A stretch of DNA of 64,000 bases from a virus: IMG/VR virus record IMGVR_UViG_3300021197_001787, positions 1 through 64,000 of that record. One strand, written 5' to 3'. Both the position numbers and the translations under genes were made by a program. The notes beneath the pieces were generated by a model, which saw only the letters and a program-made list of their open reading frames with translations, was not told where the DNA came from and did no database searches. Below, in pieces: positions 29,701 to 39,000 of this stretch. The first letter of the stretch is position 1, and each line of letters starts with the position of its first letter.

Positions 29701-32316
29701 TCGTGTGTTAAACATCCGTACATCAGTCGGGTATTGAACTGTACCAGAGAAGTTTAATCTGTTTGCACCCACATACAATCTTTTTGAGCCGGATAAGAAG
29801 TGTTCGCCGGCCGTCTTACTGATTGAAGCTGTTAAGTAAAACTCATTTTCAATAGATCCAAGCTTGGTATTAATACCTTGAAATACTAAATCGTAAGTTA
29901 AACCTATGTCAGAACCAGACACAGTTTTTGCCATAGGATAATTGCTTGGTTTAAGCCTAACAGAAATGTTCCAATCATTATTATCGTACGCACCAAAATA
30001 TACACTACTTGTTAAAATTGGAAAGGGGCCGGCATTAGGGTTTAGCCATGGAGTATCACCGGACGTGTCATTTGGGTAATACGACGACGAAAGCATGAAG
30101 AAAGCATTTTTAGAAAACTTTTCTTCTCTGATAACGTAGACTTGGAAGTTGGCACTATCGTAGCCTTGCCAGCTAGTATTTGTATCAGGTGTGTGCGCTG
30201 AGGCGCTGTACATACCGAAAATTGAGGACTGATTAAAGTTGCGATCAACACTATCGTAATCAGTTTGAAAAGAAGGCAGAGTAAAATCTGTTTCGGCTGT
30301 AAATCCATAGACATTCTGGAATCCGCCATGGCCAGATCCCGAGATATAGCCTCTACTATTCGTTGTATCGTCCGGGTCTTGATACTGGAAACAAGTTCCA
30401 TTAATATGACTAGACGTATTAAAGTACAGAGCTTTCTTATTTGCCAGAGTTTGTTCAAGCCTTGGAGTACGACTGTCTAAATCATAAACAGTATTGTCGG
30501 CATAAGTTCTTAATTTTATTATTGTGTCATCTAGATTGAAACACCTAAAGACATTCCGAATGGTCTTTTCCGTACCTTTGGTTTTGTAAATACTGGTTAA
30601 ATTGTTATATAAGTTTTGATAAATAAGATTTTTTGTCTCACTCAAATCATTTTGAAAAGCAAAATCTTCTGTTTTATTCATGAATCTGCTTATGACATCA
30701 GCATCTACAAAAAGCTGTGGAGTGTAAAGCCCCAAGGACTGCGGTAAGTGTTCAGCAAATGGCAGTGGAGTGTTGGAGGCACTTGTATACTGCATTTGCT
30801 TAAATGTCGGTATTGCTTCAATCTGATTGTAGATCTTATCAAAATAAGAACCCATAATGTGTGTCAGAAGTTCAACATTAGTATTCCCAAGAGCTTCGTG
30901 TTCTTCTAAAACCCAGCTAGGGATTAAAGTTTTTAAATTAGAGGTATTGTTTCTATCGTGAAAAGAACCAGAGTTAAAAAGCCCTTGGCGCACATTGACT
31001 ACATCTGGGTGTAAAGAATATATAATTGGGTCTTTGTATTCGGATGCGGCCGCGGAGGCTTCAACGATAGCGGAGCTAATAGTCCTTGAAGGTGTGCCGG
31101 TCCATGTTCCGTTAGTTAAGCGCCCTGAATAATCAAGGACGTTGCTATCAAGATACCCATATCCAGAATTTCCTTCATTGAATTTGTAATATACACCAAG
31201 TGTGGTATTATTAATATCTGTGTTGGTTCCGCCGCGGACTTGACTGAACCAATTTTTTCCAATATCGTCCGCGGTTCTTGCTGCTTTCCAATATCTAAAT
31301 TCATCGATAGAGCCAGTAAAGGTGTGAGTATTAGCTGCACGTGTGGAGGCTACGCCGTCCGCGCGGAATGGAGCCGTAATAAGCGCTCCAATTTTACCAG
31401 CCATGTCAATTGACGGTAATTCGCCGAATGTTATGCCAGAATTGATTACGGTGTGGTTTAAGTAACCATTAAGATAGAAGTTGGTTCTAAAATCAGAGCC
31501 AGAATTTTCAAAAACAAAAGAATAATGATTCCAATCGTCTAGCGCCGTGGATATTATATTCTGCCCAATTGTTTGTCTAAAGAGTGTGTTGGTCGAACCT
31601 GATGAAACTGTAAACAAGAACGGACTCGTAGATGAGCCGCTTTGTATTTCAATTGTCATACGGCCCATGTCGTGTGAGCCGGATGCGTTATTGTTCCACA
31701 TGTCAAAAATAATTGAGTTTGCGTTTGTGGCCAAGTTTACACTTTTTAACCAAAACTCAATTGAAACACCGCTATTAAAGTTTGCTCTTAAATTTGATTC
31801 TCGGGATCCTGTACCATATGAGTCAGGAAGGCCAGCACTTTCATAAATGTTCTTATCGTAAACATTTGCATGCATTCTTTTACTATCTAAGGGGTTGTCA
31901 AAAAGCTCTGAGGCTTTATCGTAGGTTACTCCGTGGGGGCCACCCTTCAGGTCTATGTAAGAACTAGAGTTAAAGTTAGCATAACCGTTGGTCCTAGGAA
32001 ATAAATTATTGAAAATATACTTCTCTACATCTAACGACTTGTTGTAAAATTCGTTTTGTTCGTAATATGAACCATCATATGGATAATAATCAATAATACG
32101 GCCGAAGGCACCACTATAATAATAATAAGCAGAACCAAATTTAGCAAAGTTGTCCGGTTGGGAATAATCTATCTGGGGTACAAAGGTTTCTTGCTTTGTA
32201 GCAAGCTGCTCAATGTTCTTGGAAGATTCAACATCTTTAAAAAGATTTTTTTGATTTGTTTCCGCTAAATAATTTCGTGAACCATCTGCTGAACCAAAAA
32301 GTTTTTTAATACTCAT
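20734..32316 (-). CDS. Giant baseplate/tail protein (3860 aa) with about three LamG/concanavalin A-like domains
   Basis: SIEFWLK..WNHYSFV..FYLNG..GSIDEFRYW (~31250-31790), second LamG-like unit (~29650-30310), and YSGWLR..WFHLAVV..IYING..GAMDQLTLWDVALS (~26010-26600); directly downstream of gp6-like genes. Confidence 0.75.
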   Translation of the reverse strand: MSIKKLFGSADGSRNYLAETNQKNLFKDVESSKNIEQLATKQETFVPQIDYSQPDNFAKFGSAYYYYSGAFGRIIDYYPYDGSYYEQNEFYNKSLDVEKYIFNNLFPRTNGYANFNSSSYIDLKGGPHGVTYDKASELFDNPLDSKRMHANVYDKNIYESAGLPDSYGTGSRESNLRANFNSGVSIEFWLKSVNLATNANSIIFDMWNNNASGSHDMGRMTIEIQSGSSTSPFLFTVSSGSTNTLFRQTIGQNIISTALDDWNHYSFVFENSGSDFRTNFYLNGYLNHTVINSGITFGELPSIDMAGKIGALITAPFRADGVASTRAANTHTFTGSIDEFRYWKAARTADDIGKNWFSQVRGGTNTDINNTTLGVYYKFNEGNSGYGYLDSNVLDYSGRLTNGTWTGTPSRTISSAIVEASAAASEYKDPIIYSLHPDVVNVRQGLFNSGSFHDRNNTSNLKTLIPSWVLEEHEALGNTNVELLTHIMGSYFDKIYNQIEAIPTFKQMQYTSASNTPLPFAEHLPQSLGLYTPQLFVDADVISRFMNKTEDFAFQNDLSETKNLIYQNLYNNLTSIYKTKGTEKTIRNVFRCFNLDDTIIKLRTYADNTVYDLDSRTPRLEQTLANKKALYFNTSSHINGTCFQYQDPDDTTNSRGYISGSGHGGFQNVYGFTAETDFTLPSFQTDYDSVDRNFNQSSIFGMYSASAHTPDTNTSWQGYDSANFQVYVIREEKFSKNAFFMLSSSYYPNDTSGDTPWLNPNAGPFPILTSSVYFGAYDNNDWNISVRLKPSNYPMAKTVSGSDIGLTYDLVFQGINTKLGSIENEFYLTASISKTAGEHFLSGSKRLYVGANRLNFSGTVQYPTDVRMFNTRFWGKYLDDDSIKQHIYDLDNSGISGSFQHLSPLDPNSKNLDLLNRDTLALDWNFSDVTGSDASGQFLTKDMSSGSAQIRSAIGWLGGLSGYLHTGRGHGFKANSSDASKEFVLNTFKFIDPEQPISSDMINILTSDDRAFGFTETVPNFHHTLEKSMYASISDEMLNFFAGAIDFNNIIGEPVNRYRSRYKKIEKLREAFFRRVSTTSDVEKFIEYYQWLDDTLARIIEQLMPASGKFTDDVMNVVESHVLERNKYKSQFPTIEFRLDDPITPIMGINERLYNWKYNHAPISQSVFVEGVGGPLSGSAKQSMNSDWWRDRAERRNSDISTGDEVIDTQRDIIRTNAENDNNQKLNTLSTISDGVHSGSIFVIRKLAKPYKFTAYRTASPVMPIKGGVNFERNKKIDLTYNALRPDGPVNQDGSAYVPENVLYSSVYGTSGEEDETVRLKNTQDPLSKPSDKVRRHVKVQFGRDWEEGIGYQNIKSDISFPFNIISGAIPAGYNKKVVDRVMSGVILTNLHNDVYGPDMESPIQGPFTNYAVGGHQSRHVGVNKVAVGSNFPTGEISMNTITSITNRTVTISDGGTSVEFLFTSSPSNPEDVDIDGDTETTMENLVAAINSYPGFTIKAAIKSSATASLINYVNSPDYSVGNIAITSTGTWMYAISGMAGGVGGLDRWDTRPEAWKILLGKADDPPISGAIGMVGPDYPLANAPEELGQYPHTASQKAVYYRGFTAKRPVNIRNIRHTTGSTILGNYEHNYQVVQAPGGNSNPRQFIEKQPNLPRKIYNNYVGNTGSNPTSVRTLLDIHRGSRDGLYTRGTPGPLLLTGAAAAAEGLHTDFSGDYSTDYLQGGLGYATTPLGGQATTNNSVIISKFSHRGGIEVMTRGYQDFRAGEFSVYNTLNNRNLTVRRPFQSPPIVSGAAESNGIRVYDIHGNDYGLYVHAARHAARFFRDSILVPNNQGATYDEKPSFHRVHRNNLPRPKEATERFVPTLTDSELINDKSLYFTDSENYGHSLINAESASARNFLTGARSRGMTYSGWLRCARGNTVGYTNFFCVGKGASGASPMIEISKVSASLNFYVESRTSPNSDYTAGSGRRGKYTVNTTHANASAQAATINSGSWFHLAVVLPVSGGSTQAPSFPAIYINGVTQSVTESTSPYTYFSNKNTTSEYSYLGSVPRTGDSIMTFGGDSTVTAIQSDAFSGAMDQLTLWDVALSSSEVQALYNGGIPCNITASSVYSNSGSYLFGWYKLGEGNQTDVIKATNPKVFVSGANAIWNSHTAENHFFPVAFHTVTTNNAFILGAGPASGLFPAPLAGCTPVVIGYSSSIVYSCSNFYDNLNHYHQIPRGDRQYAWMTGAMSDTDPCNYRYAGFMPMHGEQAGYYSGSTGYVPWMTMISSSDFGAFNNGTAWMPKSALGAVASWASENKQGSDFVPQDFVGLNTLIYEPISASSNTLGWPQTVPLFNIGNDANVYQYRNQRFVGYVDWFRGTPSASVPGFKHFAEAQAPGYLFNALMLKRNGPYGYSTYASSRARYHPVLRNERSSSELSIITTAERDVYQGVFVLSPPHWDPEHTLIGQATTTALTNFTLPPVSMRGRPAIINFSPLVATDDCGTGADPDGGSITLKATDNNNKIFFNSNGLNTYSGIDPYNVLTPFDYILAAVDRTTARWVDQNYMIYTENIFPSQRMEFVSSSRRRTGFDNLFWRDLITERVTLGNTMLNSCLAIVSQSAWPLDAQEDFLTRTASVANQINEYTASQYQPNHGPTTVIGTFYGGLRSLGKAGELQNNYTQFYYDAIRRTVPNGFLTWLSAPNTNAPGALYARKHMLAHVKSVVGPSGMLIPETGSISPYAASTGPAAPGPWNDGVVDVGCGEAFWEADEQAGIIEISSSLDGRKHPQFKSYKSKPWYDNYEDFREDIRLMAKDYAIVPEFRMSEHVGELLTQPLSKFKDYLEFPGTAVTAQTSSFYRDYTNSEKLKYFRTTFAKSTMQPKEIRITVSAVKKFNPYKGFYPAQRTVDLTAQFAETYFPSITTTYEYVAGGQIVAIDLSNLDRTAVGGLTRPIMQAMFSPGIVHNAIKSGMAVDYPILHGGIRKPNMRKSFSLLAAGENHSTYGEACHVYAGFQDSEMFDEDQLDSSSWAPGTTFWDERLPFETVLSPEKYLLGKTIADNNPHPSGTLPYTASLATVNGNPQYELMARNFFGETANFYLQGGDYTSLKSREIPQDGISIQSGSMYSARVRMRRSMSGSRDYSFNFTSFGYRWGVAGQGGAAAGYSNDRLISCSLGTNGGRRLIWNSGNLDVRFGAPTYPLPQDPYNTSGSQQRESFTMYSRTTAFGPPIATDRDGSSGVPSTLDAMSGTMSGNLDCWTGHNWSFTPPYYHGEAWADILFYPDETKKYTADEILRKSEVVYWRVDPGPNVYTSLSTSRVVPAIIDDYKGGGTDRSYIFGGRVINDHAMQITASLNLFGIERIPFQASDALGMLGETRNETKGQRWVIKPKYETPMLNFNSPVRNVSAASGSLTLPTFGSGSVPRGMWHQFGIIEPDKRKGIFIEIDDIPKQWLANHYKVVNEPSVYNKMRASSSANTPADTGGCPDDPNSFGNQVKNRMKSLTDLFGFNTTKKRARLGELAAKRTIKEAVVLVPYITTSEYDAKLSSHPELADDNALEAAKQFIRIPPERVQAAIMQNAFSPEGQSLDAAGESIRKLITKMDKYILPPEFDFVRNPETTPIVMYIFEFSHTFDKDDMSYMWQNLAPRDFKTINFEEQSIAHELNNSELLTGTHFVGIKEDIRFMAFKVKQKAVGDYYNHVLEQAGESLGKITGLQFVGSVGARTNYPGNGVVVGDDGPPASLYGGGGGSGTPDGGGNTADDTQAPGELAPPQPPVQAYEVQYNWPYDFVSIVEGIKIDIEVLYDDESNRNRSLVRENASKLVNTTVRRVDADIAADIQRGGGGPFAPSGNAQRVLDMLGDGSSSDSSEGMSVLDLLE

Positions 32317-33844
32317 AACTCTCTACTCTAAATCTGAATGCCTCATCTTGCTCAACCCAGTCATTCAAACTTGAATCATAAAAAGCAAATTTAAATGCAT
32401 ATTCATATCCGGGATCTAAAAGTGACATATCAAAATCAAAATAATTACCTGATATATCATGTGACAATACCGTATGCATATCACTGCCTGTGCCATGTGC
32501 GATAGCATCATAGCTATCAATTATTCTAAAGACTCTATAGGACGCACTCTCGATGGTGGTTGTCTCAATATCATCATTTGCTTTTGTATAAATTGTTGGT
32601 GACCAGTACTTTTCTCTAACATAAAGATTAAATCTTGCGTTTTCTTTAGAACGATATTTTTGTTTTAAATTAGTTATATTCAAGTAATAACTAGGCCTAA
32701 TAGATATTTGATTACCTTCAAACGATTCTGGTTCAATTGAGCCGGTGAAGTATCTTGTACTACCGCTATACCAAACATCAAATATATCTGTAAGTCGGTT
32801 ACGGGCAGTGCCAGTCAATGCTACACTACAACTGTATATCCCGGTTGAAACATGTCCTGCAGTGGCGTACAAGGCCGAATCAGCAGTAACATAGGTATCG
32901 TCTTGGACAAGTGTTAAAGCGCTGCCAGAGGGCTCTGTATTGTCAACAGAACCGGAATGAAGGCGTACTCTTAACAATCCAGTGCCCACACCTGGGATAT
33001 TTTGCAAATTACCGCGCACATAGTTATAGAAATACAAAGTATTCATATTTTGGCCGGCTGTAGCTAAGGAACTACTGTAATAAAAATTAGCCCTATCATC
33101 TTTAATACTAGAGTTCCAGCGTGCCTCAATGACTGGTTTTTTAAAGAAATATTGAGTACCTCTTGCAAAAAATCGTTTTGTATAGAATGAATCGGCTGCT
33201 CCAGTTAAGTTATACGATGCTGTAATTTCTTGTGACGCTGATAAACTAATGCCAAATCCATAATTTGAATATGTGCTTGCCATCCATTCTTCCATAAGAA
33301 TAGTAACGTCAACTTCAAGGTCTTCCAGTCCACTTTCAAAAACTTGTTCAAAGTTAGAAGCAGTTAAATAATCGCCACCTTCTTCAACCCAATTAGAAAT
33401 TGAGCCGTTATCGTTTTTTTGTCTTTGGATCCAATTTGAACCAGTATTGCCCACTGTATAGTCTAGATAATTTTCTAAATCTAATCCAGAACCTTCTTGC
33501 CAAGATTGTGAAACAGGTCTTACCGTTAACGTATAGTTTTTTGGTACTGTCTTAGACGTCTCTGCATTATAGAGTTTTAAATAAAAGTTTACACTGCCAC
33601 TGGCTGGTATGTTGCCAGCAGTACGATCAGAAGAAATACTGGTCACCGGGAATTGAACCAAAACTCTAGACAGCTCTACTTGTTTATTTTCTGCAGAAGA
33701 AGTGTAGGCACGTCCAAAAATTGAATAGACTTCCAGTACATCTGCTGCGCCCATATTAGATCCGGTGGCGCGCTTGGTCAGATTTGATTGCCAAGCATTA
33801 GAGATTGTATTATCGGCAGTTGCAGTGTAACGCTTTATGGCCAT
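32306..33844 (-). CDS. Putative baseplate-associated protein with DNRLRE-like N-terminal domain
   Basis: DNTI...SRVLVQF...YLKLYN...VRPVSQSWQEGSG..NW pattern; coupled to the gp6-like gene. Confidence 0.5.
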   Translation of the reverse strand: MAIKRYTATADNTISNAWQSNLTKRATGSNMGAADVLEVYSIFGRAYTSSAENKQVELSRVLVQFPVTSISSDRTAGNIPASGSVNFYLKLYNAETSKTVPKNYTLTVRPVSQSWQEGSGLDLENYLDYTVGNTGSNWIQRQKNDNGSISNWVEEGGDYLTASNFEQVFESGLEDLEVDVTILMEEWMASTYSNYGFGISLSASQEITASYNLTGAADSFYTKRFFARGTQYFFKKPVIEARWNSSIKDDRANFYYSSSLATAGQNMNTLYFYNYVRGNLQNIPGVGTGLLRVRLHSGSVDNTEPSGSALTLVQDDTYVTADSALYATAGHVSTGIYSCSVALTGTARNRLTDIFDVWYSGSTRYFTGSIEPESFEGNQISIRPSYYLNITNLKQKYRSKENARFNLYVREKYWSPTIYTKANDDIETTTIESASYRVFRIIDSYDAIAHGTGSDMHTVLSHDISGNYFDFDMSLLDPGYEYAFKFAFYDSSLNDWVEQDEAFRFRVESYEY

Positions 33845-35640
33845 TATCTAACCTTTCCTTTAATGTCAATCTCCGGAAATTTTATTTCAACAATTGCATT
33901 TTTAGGTACAATCAAATAATTCCCATCTGGTGATAAATTATCATTCATATTAATACTAGCTTGATTATATTCCGAGCTTGTTTTTGGTACTAACTTAACT
34001 TTTAGCACATCCAAAACACCGGGAAGCTCTTTCAAGTATGAGTATACATCACTAATTGAAAATTGTTCACCAATATAATTTGTATCTGTGTATTTTGAGC
34101 GTAAGGCTGTAATTGCTCTATCTAAAACAACAAACTTATTTGCTGAAGGCATGGGCTTAATAATAAACTCAATACCAATATTAAGAATAAACGGTTCTAA
34201 GATATCAATTGTATCGCTAAGCATTCTATAATTGTTTAACCAAGTTTTTAGATTATTCTTTATAGTATCGTTGGTAGCCGTTAATTTGCCAAATCTGTCT
34301 TCGGACACAACATACATATTTAAATTTCGTTTTTGTGAATCAGCATCTCGTTGTACTGAAACTCTTTTTACAGAACCAAATTTAGCGGGCATTCTATATG
34401 CCATGTTTTCGTAATCAGCTTGAGTTACTGCCCTGTTCTGTGTTGGGAATGTGTCAAATACCCTTCTTTTAAGTTCTGCAGCAGATAAGTACGAAGTGTC
34501 ACCCAGAATTGGTTTTTCATTGCTAACTTCTAAAGATTCGTTGACTTCTTGTACAGTAATATTAGATAATGCAGAGCGATTTTTATAATCAAATGTGCGG
34601 CTAGAAACATTTGTCAAAGCATGAACGGCAACATTAGAGTTTGTAGGATTAGTAACTCGGTATATGATTGTTAGTGTAGTATTTGTCGGTACAATACCAA
34701 AGTTTTGATTATTGGTTAATTTAGTTGGATCAAATGTTCTATCAGTTGTATATGTTTTGCCATATACATCCATTGCCACAGATTGGGGATTTGCAATCAC
34801 ATTCGATTCGCCAGGATTGCCACTACCAAATTGTAGCACTGTCCTATCTTGTAAATGATCAACTAAAAATTTTCTTGATACAAGATAGGGCTTTATAATA
34901 GAGGGAACGTTGTCATTTTTATAATTTTGATTTGAAAGTTCTTTAAACACGATGTCTTGTGCAAGATAATCAACTTCAAAATATTCGTTACCTTGTGAAT
35001 CAAAAACTGATATAATCTCGGATATGTTAGGCGATGCGATTTCAAGCGTTTTGAACCTTTCAAAAGCACCCGTCTCAATTTCAATTTGTTGTAATTGGCC
35101 GGAGACTACATTACCGTGGGCCCTGACAGCAAAGTGTGTAGGGGCGCCTGTAGTAGTATCGTTGCGAGCAATGGCTACCTCGTTTTTTGGATCAGCAAAG
35201 TCCACGTTTTCTGTCAGCATAAAGGTAAGGCCTGAAGTTGAGGTAAAGCGCGCACCTCTTCGTAAAATTGGTAGATAATTCTCGTCAGGACCAAGAGCCA
35301 CAGTCGATGCCGGTACGATAAGATACATGGCGACTTCGCCAAATGTAGATGGTCTACCTTGAGATTTATAACCTAAGATTCTTCCGTGCCTTAAGATATT
35401 ATTATATTGAAAAGCAGTGTCTAAAAATGTCTCATTTACATTGTAATCTAGATAAAAGTTTAATTGGTCACCCACGTATGCGGCTGCATCTAATACAATT
35501 GCACCGAATGAGGCTTCGCTAAAATCTTGAAAGGTATCGGGATAAAACCTTTCTGCCATATCTAACAGATCTTCTCTTATACTAGAAAATTCTCTGTTAG
35601 TATAATTTATTGGTAATATTTTCTTTTGTTCGTCCGCCAT
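33844..35640 (-). CDS. Baseplate wedge protein (T4 gp6 / baseplate J-like)
   Basis: INYTNREFSSIREDL..FQDFSEASFGAIVLDAAAYVGDQLNFY..ETFLDTA..ILGYK and QNRAVTQADYE. Confidence 0.88.
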   Translation of the reverse strand: MADEQKKILPINYTNREFSSIREDLLDMAERFYPDTFQDFSEASFGAIVLDAAAYVGDQLNFYLDYNVNETFLDTAFQYNNILRHGRILGYKSQGRPSTFGEVAMYLIVPASTVALGPDENYLPILRRGARFTSTSGLTFMLTENVDFADPKNEVAIARNDTTTGAPTHFAVRAHGNVVSGQLQQIEIETGAFERFKTLEIASPNISEIISVFDSQGNEYFEVDYLAQDIVFKELSNQNYKNDNVPSIIKPYLVSRKFLVDHLQDRTVLQFGSGNPGESNVIANPQSVAMDVYGKTYTTDRTFDPTKLTNNQNFGIVPTNTTLTIIYRVTNPTNSNVAVHALTNVSSRTFDYKNRSALSNITVQEVNESLEVSNEKPILGDTSYLSAAELKRRVFDTFPTQNRAVTQADYENMAYRMPAKFGSVKRVSVQRDADSQKRNLNMYVVSEDRFGKLTATNDTIKNNLKTWLNNYRMLSDTIDILEPFILNIGIEFIIKPMPSANKFVVLDRAITALRSKYTDTNYIGEQFSISDVYSYLKELPGVLDVLKVKLVPKTSSEYNQASINMNDNLSPDGNYLIVPKNAIVEIKFPEIDIKGKVR

Positions 35641-35663
35641 TAAAAATAGGTTCCTTAGTTACA

Positions 35664-36032
35664 CTAAATAGTAAATTGTAGTAAATCTGATACCGCAATA
35701 CCGGGTAAATAATAAGAAATGCTTACTGCTAAACTATTTCTATCTTGGTTTGACTCAGCAAAAGCTATTTCATTTATCTGTATAGCTGGCATATAGATAG
35801 CTATCTGCTCTCTAATCTTGCTGTCTATTTCACTATATGTATTTTGTGAAAAATTATTAAATAAGTATCTTTTAAGTCCGACCCCATAGTCAGGGTCCAT
35901 CACCCTTTCGCCAGGATTTGTTAATAACAGCATTTTAAAATTTTGTTTTGCTGCACGTGTGATTTTCTTTAGCATTGTGAAACCATCAATATCACTTCGT
36001 GTTAATGGTAGTGCTACACCGATTGAAGCCAT
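35664..36032 (-). CDS. Baseplate wedge subunit (T4 gp25 / GPW-like)
   Basis: QNFKMLLLTNPGERVMDPDYGVGLKRYLF; 122 aa. Confidence 0.9.
   Translation of the reverse strand: MASIGVALPLTRSDIDGFTMLKKITRAAKQNFKMLLLTNPGERVMDPDYGVGLKRYLFNNFSQNTYSEIDSKIREQIAIYMPAIQINEIAFAESNQDRNSLAVSISYYLPGIAVSDLLQFTI
35665..35671 (-). promoter_or_regulatory. CTAWTTA motif (candidate late promoter)
   Basis: CTATTTA 24 nt upstream of the gp6-like start at 35640. Confidence 0.5.
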
Positions 36033-36075
36033 TTTGTTACCTCTTACTTAAATATTCACTAAAATTATTTACCGT

Positions 36076-39000
36076 TCATGATTTTTTACAAATATTGCCA
36101 TTTGCGTCATAAGGGTTTGACCGCAACATCTTTTGTTTCCACCATGGAAGATGGCGAAGGAACGAAGAAGAAGCAAATATAGACTTGCCTGGGCCGCGGC
36201 TGGAAACTTTGCTGAACTCCTGGAGTCCGAAGCCACCATTTTTAACATCTTTGCTAGGATCAAATCTTCTGACAAAGTAATTTCCTTTAAACAGACCTTT
36301 TAATTTTGCTTTGGTTTTACTTAACTCGGAGCGATTCCATCTATCAAAGTGTAGATAACCATAACCATAGCCTCGGGCGTAGCCGGGATATCTTTGTTTC
36401 TTGGTCGCCCAGCCATCTGCTCCATCAAAAGCTGTGTAATTTACTCTGTTTTCTTCATCGCGGTATGTTGTGACATACCGTCCAGGTTTTTGACTTATAT
36501 CTTCTTGATTGATACTGTTTTGGATTTCTCCAATTGAAGAAACAAATCCTAATGAAGAATAAATTGCCATTGTTGATAATATTTTTGGTAAAGATAAAGC
36601 ATATTCGGTTAAAAGTTTAAAAGACGGCTCATCTATTAGGTTATTAATAAGACAAAACATTAATTTACTATCAGGTTCTAGCGGCTGAATACGGCCGAGA
36701 GGAATGTCAAGAGTATCAACTTCTGTTCTGACCACAACACTGCGAGATCGGCCACGAATTATACTTAATTTAAGGCCATATCTGACCCCCATGTGACCTT
36801 TGGTGCCAATTGCCTGACCTTTGTTCGGGCCATCTTCAGCAATAATCAATTCCATAGTCCCGGGATAAACATCTGATATATTTTTATCTTGATATGGGTT
36901 AGCTCGCAGTTTTGCCATGCCCGCTTCCACAGAGTATTCTTGACCATTGATGTTTAAATAAGTTTCAGCTAAAAATGGCAGAGTAGTATCGAGGCCGCGC
37001 GGAACAAGGCTGTTTATTGTCCCAATTGGCAATTTTATGCGGTTAGCTAGCGGATGTAAAACTTCGTGCTCTCGTAAGTCAGAGTGTTCTTCCCCTTCCA
37101 TAAAGACAATTTTTCCTTCTTCATTACGGTGTGAGTGATAGTAACCAATGTACGGCACCCCATCTTCATAGATTAATTCTCCACCGTTGGTATAAAAGCT
37201 GCTTCCCTCTTCAGTTGGAAAGTCAATTAATTCTTCTTTAATTTCTTTGTTAAGTTGTAGATTTGTATTCAAAGATAAATTTTGCAAAACATAGTAACCT
37301 AAATTACGATGTATAGAATTAATATCTTCCATTTGTGCTTTCTCAAGACAAGTAATCAAATTATTACCCAAAGATTCAAGTTCAATTGATACGAACTCAG
37401 CTAAAATTATTTTTGCGTCGTCTTCTGTAGCTAGTACAGCTTCTAATACTTTTTCATACCTATAATTTTTAAATGTCTCTTTTGGTGAAGTGTCACCAAT
37501 AGCTTTTCCGTTAATAAAGTCTAGTCTACTTGGTACACTATAAGCTTGCTCAAAATTCTCAAGCCTTTGCAAAGCAGCTATTATAGAATCCGAAGGTTCT
37601 CTTATATCTCCAGTTTCCAACAATCTTGCATAAGTTTGGACCGCTTGCTCTAAGAATGCATACCAAAATTCGTCATCTTTAAACGGAGTAAATAATTCTA
37701 AAACATCATTTTGCGCGTCTTTTAGTTCTTCTTCCATCACTTCAACAATATAAGCTGCATACAGGTTGCTATAGTTGTTTTTAAAGTCTGGGTAAAATTT
37801 GCTAAATACTGGGAATCCCTTTAACATTTCCATCCCAGCAAATACCTTACACGCTGCTTTTACGACGCCTTCAATATTAGATTTCGGGCCGCGGTGTAAG
37901 ATTCTATTATATGGCTTTTCAGATGTGCAATTTGGATCTTTTTGCAACCTTTTATCTTCTGCAATTTTAGAATATGAGGCTTCTACGCTGTCTTTGACAT
38001 CTTCAAAATCTATAAATGATTTGCCGCGCGGCTCACAAGGAGATGATTCAGGGAACAAGGCTTGAGCAACGCCTACCCATCCAGACGCTGGTGGTGGCTT
38101 AACGTAAAAAGGAGGATTCCAATTTTTCCCACCATATTCAGCAGGATTTAAGTATACAACACGATTTGTAGGGCCGTCTAATTCTTCTTCATCATATTGC
38201 ATTCGGCTAATTCCAAAAGGCAGTGAACTCATTTTCCAATTACCGTCCCGGGATCTTTCGCGTGCAATGTAATCAAACAATGGAATAAATTCTGCTCCTT
38301 CTTTAAAGCCGTATTCTAATTGTTTCTTTGTTATAGTGTCTAAAGGAGCACCATATGTAAAGGCTGGTTTGTTTGCAGCTATATCTGCTGCTACGACAGT
38401 AAAAATCTTATTCATAACTTCGTTATAAACTGATTCAAGTTGGCCTGTAGCAATCAAATCTCCACTTTCTTTATAAATCATATCATTAAGGAGAGTAACT
38501 TGAGGTGTAACAACTCCAACAGGGTCAACCAAAGAGCGATCAAAATTAGGGTATACTCCACTATTCACAAGTGGGTTTTCCAGTGTCCGGTCTTTTGCTA
38601 TAAATTCGTATTCTTGCCACTGCATTGATTTAGTATCAGAACCAGCGCCGCCTTCGTCATCTGTTTCGCCGGCGGCAAAGGCTGAATCTCCCATACTTGA
38701 AAAAGCTAAATTAACAGTCTTATCTACGATCATTCTAGTTGTGTCACCAGAACGTTGGAAAAAGCTACCATCTTGTTTTTTAATATCACTGGTAAATAAT
38801 TGCAAGTCAAATCCATAAGAATACATGGTGTGGTTATTGGCTGTCTCTGGGGTACCAAAGGGGCCACCATCTCTATATGATAAAAACAAATCTGGAGATT
38901 TTTTACGAGCGTATTTAATAAACTTGACTCTTGATGATGCCCATTCTACCACTGGCTTAACATTGTAACCATAATCAGGCAAGATGGTCAATTCAACATC

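Noticed and set aside
15866-30458. Alternative-frame minus-strand ORFs nested in large genes (15866-16174, 16196-16531, 27297-27680, 30042-30458; also 5539-5907 and 43873-44061)
   Set aside because: Fully overlapped by well-supported genes; no SD, motif or slippery site seen to suggest overprinting or programmed frameshift
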